A stretch of 64,000 bases of DNA from the human T2T-CHM13v2.0 reference genome, Homo sapiens. Positions 15,501 through 29,858 of the stretch are shown here, piece after piece. The translations under genes and the position numbers were made by a program. The DNA is taken from NCBI RefSeq assembly GCF_009914755.1, contig NC_060932.1; one strand, given 5' to 3'. Below the pieces are notes generated by a model. The model was not told where the DNA came from. It searched no databases and was given only the letters and a program-made list of their open reading frames with translations. Every line of letters starts with the position of its first letter. Within the stretch, counting starts at the first letter, position 1.

Positions 15501-18500
15501 AACATGTAAAGTACTCAAAGTGCCAGTGCCTGGCATACAGTCACCACAGTATAAAGACAAGCTCCTGTTATCAGAATTACTTGTATAGCAAAAGTTAACC
15601 ATAAAAATAAAAATAATGAAAACTTCACCTGCCTTAAGGCTGTGAGGGTGAGACCAGCTCTTTTATCAAAGAGATATTGATTAGCAAAATGTTAGAGACA
15701 GCATAAAGCATTCCAGTACCAATCATTCTTAAAGTTCAATCTTTTCTTATGGTCAATGAAACTTTGCTCCAATAAGCGATGGTTTTTCTTCTCCCTTCTC
15801 CACTCTCCCTTTTCCTTCTTCCTTCCTCTCACATAGAACCAAAACTCTATACCAAATGTAAGTGAAATAATACTAGACAATCACGTACACATATCGTGTG
15901 CATACACCCTTTAGACAAGTGCTATGAACAACATGCAAAAGCCACAAGCTGAAAATGCAATCCTATTTAAAATGTATTATTTGAAATCCTACCTTGAAAC
16001 ACTGAATGTGAATCCTTATAAGAAAAAAAAAAAAAAAAAACAAAAACCATATTCAAATTCAGCCTGAGGTATATATACACTAGGATACCTGTTTATTGGA
16101 TGTATTTAAGACAAGGTATACCTGTATTGACAAACAGAAAATTCAAATAATCAGTTATGGTACAGATATACAATGAAACAGTACGCAGCCTGTTAGAGCA
16201 AATTTGCATATATATATATAAAATACACGGCTTTTTTTTTTTTTTTTTTTTTAGCTTAAACTCACTTAATAGCAAAACCTGTTCTGACTCCATTTGGTTG
16301 GTAATCTCTTGACTAGACTTGAGGTGGGGCACCTAATAGTCTTTATATATCAGACTTCATGTGAATATTCAAGTTTCACTGCAGACACAAAACTGTGTTT
16401 AATTATAAGCATCTTCCCAAGAAGTCACTAGGGGGTGTGCTGCATAATATAAGGCATGTACACCGTCACCCTTCTGAAATCGGTAAAACTCTGAATTTTG
16501 AAACAAATCTAACCCCAAGGATTTTGGACCTGAATGAGATATATACCTATACCTGCAGATATCTATGCAAATCAGCAGTATCTCTGTGTACAAATCCATA
16601 AAATTGTTTCAAATACTACTCTTAAATATTAACAGAAGCTAGAATTATAATTTTTATTTTAAAATTTTCCATATATCTCAAATTTTTATAATAAATATGT
16701 ATGATTTTTTAAATAGAAGGAGTTAAAAATAAACCTTTCCCTCTTACCCACCCACCAACCCACATGGATAGATCACATTTCACAAAATGTCCCACAGTAT
16801 TAATTGGTAGTGAGGCAGTGAGGCATGTCAGGAAATAAGGGGATACCTGGTAGATCAAACGCTGAAAACTGCCAATGATTGATGACCATTTTTTTAAAAG
16901 ATAAGGTTTTAAAAATGCATTATATAGTTCAGGGCACCCAGAAGCTACCAATTTTACCATTAGGCACATCCATGCTCTCCATACTTTTTAACATTTCAAA
17001 GAAGAACTTGAGAAATAATCTGCTGGCTACAAATCTAGATCCAACCTGTACATTATCAGATATTCTTATTTGAGGGGAAAGAAAAGAAGAAAAATAAAAA
17101 AAAAAACAACTTTAACACAAACCACAATACCCTACAGTCAGAGATTGCAAACAGGAAATGCTATGCAGATGGAGAAATCTTTGCTTTGCTTCAACAGCTC
17201 TGAAGCAATAACTGCCCTCCAACTGTTTAATGAGACTCAAGCTCTTATGCAAGCTATAGAATTGTCCAAAGGCCTCCGGAGAGAAGAAACCAGATGCATG
17301 GTGAGTCCTGGCTGACCTAGAATACTTCCGGGTGACTCCCACTATTTAAAAAATAATTTATATACATTTTCTAAAACCATTGCTGCCTTGGGACTTTCAA
17401 AGGGTATGGCATTTAAATGGTTTTCCTCTGTCCATTGAGAATCTATTTCAATCCACCAGTTATTCCTTTCCTGACCCATTTTGCGGTTTTGGTATTAAAT
17501 GGATGCAAATCTCTGCTGACTCCTTAACTTCTTTGCTAGGATCACAGGAATGATGCCTGATGCCAGGAGTAGAGCAGACCCAGCATTGCTTAGCAAGTAA
17601 TGATTTTATTGGTTTCCTTTTCATGGTTAAAAAAAAAAGGTTGAACGTAATTTTTCAGTACTATACATTTAATCAAACATATAACAAAACCACTTAGAAA
17701 CAGCTAAAACTCAAGAGCATTCTGCTTCCTTTTTCTTTTTTTAAACAAGAAAGCTGCATTGCAAAGAAAGTCTTTATTATTAATACACTAACTACTAAGG
17801 GGCACTCAAAGTGGAAGGAATGGAATCTATAAAGGCATGGAAGCGTGAAATGGTATATATTCCATGAACAACAAATCGTTTGTTATGTCTGGAGTTGGCT
17901 TTGATTAGGAAGGCATCTTTAATGAGAGGAAGGATAAGTTTAGAGAGATTGCAAGGCAACTAAATAAATATTTAAAAAATGTTTTTAAAAATGTCATTAT
18001 CTGTTAAGTACATGCTACGAACTGAATGCTTTCATAGGTATTTCACATAAATTATTTCTAAAAATGCCACCAGAATGGCAACTCCAAGAGGATACGGCCC
18101 TTGTCTGTGTTCTTCTTACTGCTGCATCCCTACAGCCTACCCACAGTGCTTATGTAGAACCCTAATAAGTAACAGAATGAATCATAAATGAACACAAGGA
18201 GGGATTACTAAACCCTTTTTACAAAAATGAAGAAACCAAGACTCAAAGAACTCAACAAGCCCACACAAGTAAGATGCTGAGTATTTTAATACAGGCCTCA
18301 TTAAAAATCAAAACCCATGCACTTGTAAGTATGCCACAAATATAGTAAAAACAACAGCAATAGAATAGATCTTGTCCACATTTCTCTGGCTTCTCACCAC
18401 TAAGAGGCAGCATTCCCTAGATATATTCAATCATGACAACTAGACTCACTTCTGGGAGGAAATAGCTAATCATTCCTACTTTTATGGAATAGCAACCACA

Positions 18501-18719
18501 TATAGGACTTCAATTAGAGGAAGAAATTAGAAAACCTATTAAAGTGCGAAGGAAGCAGGACTGAGGACTGCAGATCAGTTGGCTCAAAGAGTATCAGGAA
18601 GTGAGTTTGATTTGTGTTCTGCACATTTGTTTTATGCTGAAATTTTTATGTAACAATGTATACTAAACACTTTCCCCTACTTTTCTCTCCTTGATAATAA
18701 TTTGATAGGTTATACTTCT

Positions 18720-19110
18720 ATTTAAACTTATTTTGAAAAAATTATAGACTCACCAAAAAATTGTAAAACTAGTAGAGAGGTCCCTTGTACCCATCAACCA
18801 GCTTCCCCCAATAGTAACATCTTATATATGTTAAACAGTACATTATCAAAACGAAAAAACAGACACTGGTGCAAGACAACTAGGCCACAGACTTTACTAG
18901 AATTCCCCCCATTTTTGCATGCATTCATTGTTTTGGTATGTCTTTGTGTATAGTTCTATGGCATTCTGTCACATGTATAGATAACTACAACAATCACCAC
19001 CACCAAGTTATCAAACTGTTCCATCAATACAAAGCAACTCCCTCAGGTTACACTGCTGCTCCCTTTCCTAACCGCTGGTAACTACTGATCTGCTCTCCAT
19101 CTTTGTAATT
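18720..19110 (-). mobile_element. Old L1M 3' UTR fragment
   Basis: ttattttgaaaaaattatagactcac...gtcccttgtacccatcaaccagcttcccccaatagtaacatc is typical of L1MB/MC 3' ends. Confidence 0.7.
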
Positions 19111-19270
19111 TTGGATGACTTTGACTTTAGTCATAAAAATACACAGATGGCAAGGTTATCTTATTTAAAGTCACTCTTTTAGGGAACTTTTTTTTTTTCA
19201 CTTTAAGGCAATAAAAGCTTACAGGGGTATAAAGAACGTGGATGTAAAAGACAAAAGATCTTGCACGTAC

Positions 19271-19513
19271 TTGGGTCATCTTCGATCATCTTCCTGCCCC
19301 AGTAGTTGGATTGCCATTCCGCAGATGTCACCGCATTGGCTCTCACAACTAGAAGGGGATGAGGCTGCAATGAGGATGAAGGCTGATCTGCCAATGATGA
19401 GGAATTCATTACATGGGGCTCTCGGATAAGTCATATTCTTTTGAACTTCTGAATCTATGACTTGACTCAACTTGGGAAAGTGTGTCTGCTCTAGTTCCAG
19501 TACTACATGAAAT
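19271..19513 (-). other. ASAP1: Candidate ASAP1 alternative cassette exon with in-frame premature stop (poison exon)
   Basis: Acceptor ttctaagcaattttgaatttgctag|, donor CCCAA|gtacgt, 243 nt. Non-repetitive and CpG-retaining, between TE relics. Phase-0 reading gives 34 codons then TAA TGA. Confidence 0.55.
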
Positions 19514-19971
19514 CTAGCAAATTCAAAATTGCTTAGAACATGTCATTTCATCTATTTGCCATCCCCCTAAAAAAAAAGAGGTACAGACAAAAGGACTAGA
19601 AAGATAAACTCCAAGTGTCAATTATAGTTATCTTTGATTAGGGGGAATATGAAAGAGAAATTGCAATTCCCCTGTAGGCATGTGTTCTTTTTATAATACA
19701 AAGTCCCCTATAGTGGCTATTAATACCATAGTAATACTAATATTAATGTAGCCTATTAATACTATAATAATCCAGTGTGTACAAAGGACTTTGCAGGTTA
19801 CAATATTTTTCACATGAATGGTATGATTTGATCCCTACACAACCAATAAAGTATGCAGAAAAAGTACTTTCCCCATTCTACTAGTGAGGAAATTTACGTC
19901 TGTAAGTTAGGCAACATTAACCTACTTAACGGTAGGGTTGGAATCATAACAAAGCCTTCAATTTCTGACAC

Positions 19972-21138
19972 CAGTGGTTCTCAAAGTATGGCGCCTAGGC
20001 CCCTAGAGGTTCCCAAGGTCCAAACTATTTTCACAATAATACTAAGAGGTTATCTGAATCTTTCACTGTGTTGACATTTGCACTGACAGTGTAAAAGCAA
20101 CAGTGAGTAAAACAGCTGTTGTCTTAAGCATAAATCAAGGCACTGCTACAAACTAAAGTTACTGTATTCTTCATGGTCTTGCTCTTACAGTAAAAAAAAA
20201 AAAAAAGAAAGGCTATTTTCATTTAAGAATACCCATAATGAAAAAGTAAAAATGGATTTTTATCACATCTTGACCCTCAAATGCATCTTTTCAATGTTCT
20301 GTTTGATGAAATAGGAAGTATGCATAAAGCCCTTTTTAGGCATACCAAAATATGATGGTTGTTTTGAGGAAAAGTACTTATGTAATTTTTTGAGTTGCAA
20401 GTTGAACTAACTGGCATTGTTTTTTTAGTGGAACACCTTTTTTTTTGAAAGAAAGACTAGCAAACTATGGTTATTCGGACTCCAGTATTTGCCAAACATT
20501 TTCTTGAAAATGAATGAAGTGAGCTTATCACCTCGAGGTAAACAACTGATAGCATTTATTGCTAATGATAAAAACAGAGCTTTCAGTGGAAGCTAAAATT
20601 TTGGAAAACTTGAATTTGCCACGAGCTGACAGTTTCCAAATAATGTTCATTTGCATGGTTTCAGATTCACACCGTTAATAACATTTAAGGAAGGACTACT
20701 TATGAAGTTTTTATGTAGTATCAAAGATTACCTGAAATGGCTCTTAAAATACTCTTCTCTTTTCCCAATACAGATCTGTATGAGGCCTTATTTCCCATCT
20801 ACCTCAACTAAAACAATAAATTGCAACAAAATGAATACAGAAGTAGACATGAAAATATAGCTACCGTCTATTAAGTTGGCTTTAAAGGGATTTACAAAAA
20901 TGTTAAACAATGCCACCCTTCTAATGTTTTTGGTTTGAGAAAATAGTTATTTTTCCATAAAAATAGATTTTTAAAGTGGGTTTATTTTAAAATACATAAT
21001 ACACATGGAAAACGTCTCAGTTTTAATTTCTAAGACAGTAAATATGAATAGAAGTAGTCCACATAAACAGAAACCACATAGTGTCCTTAGTCATTTTTAA
21101 GACTGAGGTCCTAAAACCAAAAAGTTTGAGAACTACCA
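19972..21138. mobile_element. Charlie1-like hAT DNA transposon
   Basis: Termini cagtggttctcaaa / tttgagaactac; internal ggtccaaactattttcacaataatactaag and aaactatggttattcggact resemble Charlie1. Confidence 0.8.
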
Positions 21139-24100
21139 TCTAACACTCTCACTCTTTCCAATATGCTATAACTCACCAATGAGAGAAATCAAAGGACAAA
21201 AACAACCAAGAAAGTACCTTGCACGCTAAACACACACATTAGTTTAATTATCACCAGGACAGGCCCTGGTCATTGTGTCAGGTGGGCCTTTACCATCCAC
21301 ATAATCCATCAAGGCAATGTAATTCGTGGGGCAGCATCACTGAAACAAGGCATAATCTGTAGCCACAGGGCTTGAGCTCAATCCCTAATTGCACCATTTT
21401 GCAGGTATATATTTTTTGAAGATTTGGTGCATCTATCTCTAAAATGGGATATGACTGATAGCTGTCTTTACACTGAGTTACCTTAAAAATAAAATGAGAA
21501 GATGTAAATAACAATTAAGGTTTGTATTTGTGAAACAAATTTTTTGTCAGGTATTATGCTTAGTGACTTGCTTCTCTGACCTCAATGAAACCCTGCCACT
21601 ACCAAGAAACAGTCACTCTTATTTATTTTTAGAGACAAGGAAACTAGCATTAGAAAAGTTAAGTGAATTGCCAAAGGCTATAAAGCTGGTGAGGCGGAAA
21701 CTAGGATTCCAGGTGTGATTGGGACCAAAACCCATGATCCTCCAACCACCTATGCTTCATAGCCTCTCGAATCCTATGTTACAAGGTAGAAAAACTTTTT
21801 ATAGGAACAATTTTCTATAATGTGGAGGAGGGGGGAGTAAGAAAAGCAAGTTACTTTAAAACTGACTTGGTGCATCAACTGCGGTATGGGCTCACAGAGT
21901 AATCAGCTGTAAGTGCAATCCTTTTCGCAGTCCTCAGACGTATGGTTAATTAAAAACAGCCTCAGCCCTATGCACTGTTAATGCCAACATCTTTGTAGGT
22001 AGCCCTTGGGAGTTTTCACATAACATCTCACTTGATCGTACTTTCTATAATCACAGACAGTTCAGAAAAAGGAAAAAAACCCGAAGCATCTCAATGATGG
22101 TTGAGATAGTTACCATCATTTAGTGCACTGATATTTTTTAAGACCACTGCCCCAGAAACTGATAAACACAATACACCTGCAATAGTGATTTCTTACATCG
22201 AACAAATAACAAATGTTTTTCTCATCCAGAGTTAGTCAAAAGCTGAAAGCTAGTATGAGACCTGGCCCGCAAATCTATCCTTTCCTTTTTCTCCATAAAA
22301 ATAAGTAATGATTTAGTATAAACTATTAAAATACTCTTCAAAGGCAATACTTAATTAGAAAATGACATTTTTTAGTATTTAGCATAGACCTTCGAACATA
22401 ATAGACTTTTGGTACTTGCTGGTTGAACTGGGAATACAATTTACAAAGTCTATAAAGTACCAAAGCACCTTCTCTTTAATTTCTACTGTATCAGTTTGCT
22501 TAACGTTTCTGGCCTTCACTAGCCTAAGAGAACAGGATTTTTGGGAATCTTCTGAGAAGTATGGGTTCCCACGGGGGTACTCCTGAGCCCCAGGAGGGTG
22601 TTGAGTGCTGCTCAGCTGGGGGCTGCAGGTGCTGCACGAAGATCCAGAACCCTGACCCCCTCGGGGTGAGTTGGCTTTCTGGGAGCCCTCTAATCCAAGG
22701 TGTGGCCCTATCAATCTGTCTAGTTTGCTCTTCCCTTTCCAGGAAAAGCATAAAAAGGGAAGCAGAAAGTTGCTGGCTGTTGTCAAGTTGTGTAAACTCC
22801 TGGGACTGCCTTTTATTCAATCAGAATAATGTTTTCTTAGTAACCAAACTACAGTAGAAACTGATTCTTCTACTTGGCTCCCTCACCAGGAATGCCACCA
22901 CCACTTTCAAAGGCAAAATTTGTTTTCCTTTACTAAATGAATTAGGTTTTCCAGCAATTTCCTTTAGATTTTTCTTAGACTTCTACTCCTTAAAGGGGAG
23001 TGGGTGTGGAAAAAGGGCTGTAGCTTGAGGTATGTATATGGGAGTAGCTTGATCAGTACTTCTGCTGAGGGAAACAGCACAACCAGAGCATGAGGTGACA
23101 GAGGCAGGATATTGTAGAAGAGCAAAGGCAACGGGTTCAGAGACAGAATGTTTGGGTTCAAGTCTGTAACACATACTAATAGGGTAAATGAACAAGTTAT
23201 ATATCTCAATTTGCCTCAGTTTCCTCATCTGGATTAAAGGTACAGTAACCACAGGATTGTTGTAATGTCTTCAATGAAATAATCTACATAACACACCCAC
23301 CAAACTGCCAGGTTCATCAAAAACATTCAATAAATCTCAGATGGTTTTGTATGGAGACAAACAAATGTATTAGGTGAGCAAACGCAGATGATGAATGTTG
23401 GCCTGAATGGCCACTGAGCTGTGTGTATGGCACATATACACACAGTTGAAAGGAACCTGCAGCGTAGCAAACCGTAGAGATGAGATTGGTCCAGGAACCT
23501 TGGAGGTGATGACTCTTGACTTAAGCCAATACATTTGGTCCTTGGAAACTAAAGCAAGACATCAATGCGAAAACACCCATCTCAGAGAAAACAGATCTTC
23601 CTGCCCAAGCAAGTCCTTTACCAGCTATTACCAAAGTGAACTGTCAGTCTTGTTTTGCTTCCTCTCTTTCTACCACACCACACTTTGAGCAAGACCTCCA
23701 GTGAAAGTGCAGGCAATGCTCAGAGTGAAGGAAAACCGAGGGTGCTCTTCTGAATAAATGAGGTTTATATAATCTAAGATTTACAAAAACATGGATTTGT
23801 TAAATCCAAAAGCACAGAAACATTAGAGCCAAAGTTCAAAATTATCCTTTCCGAAGTTTTTGAAAATAATAAATAATTCTATGTTCGATATTTATTTTCT
23901 TTCAGATTTGCTTATTCGCTGTGTAAGATTAATTCAATGGCATACATCGCCAATTAGAAAAACTGTCAGGAAGACAGACACATACACACGTTTATTTATT
24001 GTGACAGAGAAAAAGAATATTGTAACTGGCCAAATAGGTTAATGGAGTGTAGAAAGGTAGTTTTCATTTTTCAAATAGGTTATCTTCATCTGTAAACTAA

Positions 24101-25196
24101 CCTTTTGTATCTAATGGATTATGACAAATTATCACCTAAGGCCACAGAAGCCTATGTGATACATGAATAACTGACCTAGGTTAAGGACATCTTGAGAATG
24201 AGTTCTGGATCCTTAAAGGAGGTAAAAGCACAATACCAAGAGACTGGGAGAGAAGAGGGAACAGCTCCTCTTCTCCAGGGCAGGGCTAACTTGGAAAAGC
24301 ATGATATAAATAGTTTTCCTTTGGCACCTTTCAACCTCATTGTACTCCTTTCTCTGGGGACTTAGGAGGATTAAATTATTTCACTGGGTGGCTCTTAGAG
24401 AAATAATTTCATCCCCCAAAACCAACAAAATCCAAATGATCCGTCCAGGTGGTGTTACCCAGAACCTTTCTAAGTGTGCACATGGTGTGAGGGCTGGGGA
24501 GGGGGTTGCAGCACAACATGGGGATGCCCACACACGACTGCCTGGCAAACAGTTTCCTCCACCACCCCCATCCCTGGGTCTGCCTCCCGGGGCCAGCACC
24601 TCTAGTGTCTCAGATCGTTAGGGATTCTTCCTGTCATTTACTTTGGAAACCAGAGATTCCTTAAATCTCAAAACCCTTTTCTTGGTTGGGGGTTAAAAGG
24701 ATGTGGGGAGTTGAGGGAGGTTCATTATTTATATATCAGAAACCAAAATGCATGATCACCTTCACACAAGTGAGATATAATACTTTCAATGTGTATTTCC
24801 AATGTATGTTCGACACAGAAATCATCATTCTTTTAGCCAATTAAAAAGCAAAAGTTGCTAAAGGTTATCTTTAAAAAAAAATCAATGGTAGAGATGTGGA
24901 AGAGAATTCAGGTTAAGCAGTTTCTCTCTCAGCTTCGATAAATCTACTCTATCAGCTGGGCCAAAGGTACAAATTCCAGGAATTTCACAATGGGATTTTC
25001 TTTAAGCAAATCCTAGGCGACTAAAAAGCTTTTTAGTTGAGGTGTGAAAGTTACCTAGGACTAAAAAGCTTTTTGTTTTTTCTTTCTCACCCCTAGGACC
25101 AAGGATTGAGGGGGAAGGATTATTGAAATGTTCTCTATATGACGTAGTATTTTGGAAAGGCTGTAATTCTTTTTACTCACATATGAAATGTCTTAC

Positions 25197-25342
25197 CAGA
25201 TTTTTCAGCAGTGTGGACAGTTCCTTTGTAAGAGTAGAAAACTTGACAAACGCGGTGCCAAGGTCGGGGTTGTCTCGACTTAAAAAATTACTCCCAAACT
25301 TATCAAGAACTTGTGCATAGTTTTCTTCATTTTGTACATGAT
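25197..25342 (-). CDS. ASAP1: ASAP1 internal coding exon (146 nt, phase 1 to 0), BAR domain
   Basis: ...tgtttttag|ATCATGTACAA...AAAAATCTG|gtaaga. With the upstream exon G it gives [49 protein letters not shown]; 73+146=219 nt, in frame and stop-free. Confidence 0.97.
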
Positions 25343-25509
25343 CTAAAAACAAAAAAGAAGAAGAAAGGAGTCTGAACTATTATTTGCCACAATGAAAAGT
25401 TACTTTGAACACCGATCACTACGAATTCTCAAAATGGAAGCATAAACTGTATCAATTATTTATTGCACATGTCCCAAAGGTTAGGTTAGGAGTACACTAA
25501 ATATTCTAA

Positions 25510-25840
<331 letters not shown>

Positions 25841-25943
25841 TTTCCCTTTTTCTTTCATAGAATTTAGCTCATTTATAGTCCAGTTAATCCACTAATTCCT
25901 CATAGGCTGAGGGGTCAAATTACATCACATTTTCAAGCAATTA

Positions 25944-26718
<775 letters not shown>

Positions 26719-27099
26719 AAGAAACTATGATTACCTGAAAAAGTAGAAAATTCTCCTTGGAAAAACAATCTTGGATTGCAAAAGAAAAATTCATGTGTCC
26801 TAACAGGTTTCTTTCCCTGCAACTAATCTTCATTTCCTTTAATTTTGTCTAAGTTCCAGGTCTGAGGAATAGTATTTGTAAAATGCTTTTCACAGTCCAG
26901 CTCTTGCTGCAAAATGTTCAGAATTGGATCAGATGAATTAGGTGCACATGAGAAACATTAATTTGTGAAAATTTCTCCTCCCTGAGCTTTTGTTTTCCAA
27001 TCCATAAAATGAGTCCAATATCTAACTTACAGAATTGTGGTATTGATGAGCTGACATAAAGTATATAAAAGTTTCTCAGTAGAGCAAATACTGCATAAA

Positions 27100-27600
27100 C
27101 AATAACCCCCACTGCCTTGAAACATGTTCTTTGTCTGGCTTCCAGGATATCACACTTTCTTGAGTGTCCTCTTGCCTCACGACTGGTCCTCTCCATTGTC
27201 TTTGCTGGTTCTTCATCTCTCTGACCTCATCATGTTGAGGCCCCTCAGTCTTGGACCTTTCTTCTCTATTTTTGCTTACTCTCTTGGGATCTCAGTCTTA
27301 CGGCTTTAAATACTTTCTATCAGCTGATAACTCCTAAATTGATATCCCCAGCCCAGAAAAACCCACCCTCTGTAATACAGACATATATTCAACTACCTAT
27401 TCAGTATCTCCACTAACTATGTTGAATCTTAACATGTCTAAAACCAAACTCTTGATCTTCTTCCCATTCTTTTTCTCACAGTCCCCTATCTGTGGCAATG
27501 GCAAATACACTCTGCTTCTGAAATGGTCTCTCTGTTGCTACTTTTGCCTCCCAGCAGTCTGGTATCAACACAGCATCCAATGCAACACTGTTATACTGTG
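27100..27600 (+). mobile_element. L2 fragment
   Basis: gctgataactcctaaattgatatccccagccc...atattcaactacctattcagtatctccac...aacatgtctaaaaccaaactcttgatcttc. Confidence 0.7.
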
Positions 27601-28077
27601 CATCAGATCTTGTGACTCTTGTGGCAGACATTACCACTTGCCATGGATATCCAAGTTCCCAATCCTTGCAGGGTTACAGAAAGGAGTACTGCATTTCCCC
27701 ATACTCTCAAAGTAAGGCAGGAAATATGGCATGCACCATCCAAGGCCATGTGAGTGGAAGTGATGCATACCACGTTCTCTTGGAAGCATTTCAGATGCCT
27801 GTACTCAACTCTCCACCTCCCTCCTCTGTTGTGGCGCACAGAGAAGCATGAATTTGTAGGGAGGCCCACAGTAGATGCATAGTATTTACATAATGAATAA
27901 ATGAATAAATAGATATTTATCAAAGTCATATCTTTTTTTTTGGTTTTTTTTGGTCATATTTTTAAAGGCTTTACAATAAATTACTTTTCTTTATAATAAA
28001 GTCTTCCTTTAGTTGGAAACAATCCTTCCTTGCCCACAATTCTCTGTACCTCTACTGCAGTATTTTCTACCACATCC

Positions 28078-28198
28078 TATATGTGTATATATGTATATAT
28101 ACACGTATATATACACACGTATATATGTATATTATATGTGTATATATGTGTATATATGTGTGTATATATGTACACACACACACACACACACACACACA
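28078..28198. repeat. Compound (TA/TG)n-(CA)n microsatellite
   Basis: Alternating purine-pyrimidine sequence ending in a CA run. Confidence 0.95.
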
Positions 28199-29485
28199 GA
28201 TCTTTTCCTACCACCAGACCGCAAGAGGCAGGGATTACCTATGGTTCACTTCTGCATCCCTACCCAATGGACACTGCTGTAGTTCTTTCAGTGAGCTGGA
28301 CTTTCAAAGCTGCGGCTTGGTTAATATTTGTTGACCTGGATTTATTGAATTCCTTTTCAGGAATTTAAGAAGCATCCCTTTCTGAAATAGCGTAGGATGT
28401 TCAATAACTGAGATCAAATTTTTAAATTCTGCTTTCAAACACACCTCAATAAGTGCATGGGTGCAATGGGCACTCATGAAACAGAACATGAGTCTGGATT
28501 GGGAAATAACCCAGGAAGTCTAAATACCATGAAGGAAACAAGTGTCACAGCAGTCCAATGAAACGAAATGAGGCCCTAGCCAGCCTTCTAATCACCACCA
28601 CATTAAAAATTCATGGTGCCTGCAGTGGTTGTCAGCATCTCAGGCTGAGATATTAAAAAATGCAGCTCTGGTTACTATCCAAGTTCACTCAGAGGAGCGG
28701 CTCAGAAAAACAGAAAAGAAAGGCCACACGAGCTCAACCGAGAAGACACACAGGTTTCATCTCCCTCATGTGCTGGAGCTACTCCTGATACCTTCTGTCT
28801 GAGGCCAAAGAGGTCCCACCTTACCACCAAGACTCCTACCTCATCTGATATCCTTTTCTGATTTTGGAGACCTATGAAAAAAGAATTCAGCTGTGTGTTC
28901 ATTTTACCTGCTCCCAAGGGAAGCACCTCAGTAGTAAAAATAGGTATATAGGCTGCTTTCTTGAGACTATCAAATATTTCAAGTGAAAAATATAATTAGT
29001 TAATCGAATATACATGTATGCGCCACCCAGCTTAATAAATAAAATATTAAAGAATGATTCCCTATTCCCCTACTCCTGTCCCTCTACCCAATTCCGATCT
29101 CCTTCCTTCCCTCCCTAGACACAGCCATTATCCTGAATTGAAATTTCATGCAAAGGTTAGAAAGAATTACAAGAAGCTCTCCATCTATCTGTGATGACAG
29201 ACTCATTAAAGAATAAGATGGAGTTGGCTAAAGGCTAAGGCAGAGACAGGCCATAGGAAGAAGGTGTTGGGAGAAGCTCAGAACCTTCTGTGACCCAAAT
29301 CCTTATGCTTTCTACAATCTCATATTTCACCCCCACTAGTTCTGCAAGGGAAGAATTATGCTTATTAGGTAGATGAAACATGAAATGTGACGTGAGTGAG
29401 GCAGAAGACTAGATAAGTATAGGCTAGGTCATGGGTCCTGTATGTTTTGCTAATTCCACAGCTGAATAACCATGTAGTCTCTTTC

Positions 29486-29591
29486 CATATATATATATAT
29501 ATATGCATATGTATGTATGTATGTGTGTATATACTGGCATATATGTCTCACATATATATACATGTCTCACATATATATGTGTATATATATA
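29486..29591. repeat. (TA)n/(TATG)n low-complexity repeat
   Basis: Direct reading. Confidence 0.9.
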
Positions 29592-29858
29592 ATTTCCTAG
29601 CATAAAAATATAACAGTTTAGTAAGATATATCTTGGGGTAATAATAACAATAATAATCATAATCCTATGAAAATAGAATGATAGAAAATTAAATGTAAGG
29701 TGCTTAAAATAGTGTCTGGCATGTGGCATGTGCCCCAAAATGTCAGCTACTGTTACCGCTATATATCCATGACTACTTACAATACAGAGCGATGTCTGTA
29801 ATATCAAACAGAATAAAAACACAGGTCTCACATGTCTTTTTTTTTTTAACATACTGTA

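Noticed and set aside
19186-19513. Processed pseudogene interpretation (T-run at ~19187 as a poly-A tail)
   Set aside because: No minus-strand AATAAA before the run, no TSD and no recognisable parent protein; splice-site boundaries fit an exon better.
22379-22857. Overlapping 98-135 aa ORFs on both strands
   Set aside because: No recognisable homology, non-ATG starts and no convincing splice context; consistent with chance in a locally GC-richer patch.
28013-29852. Y/I/C/H-rich ORFs
   Set aside because: Translations of TA/CA microsatellites.
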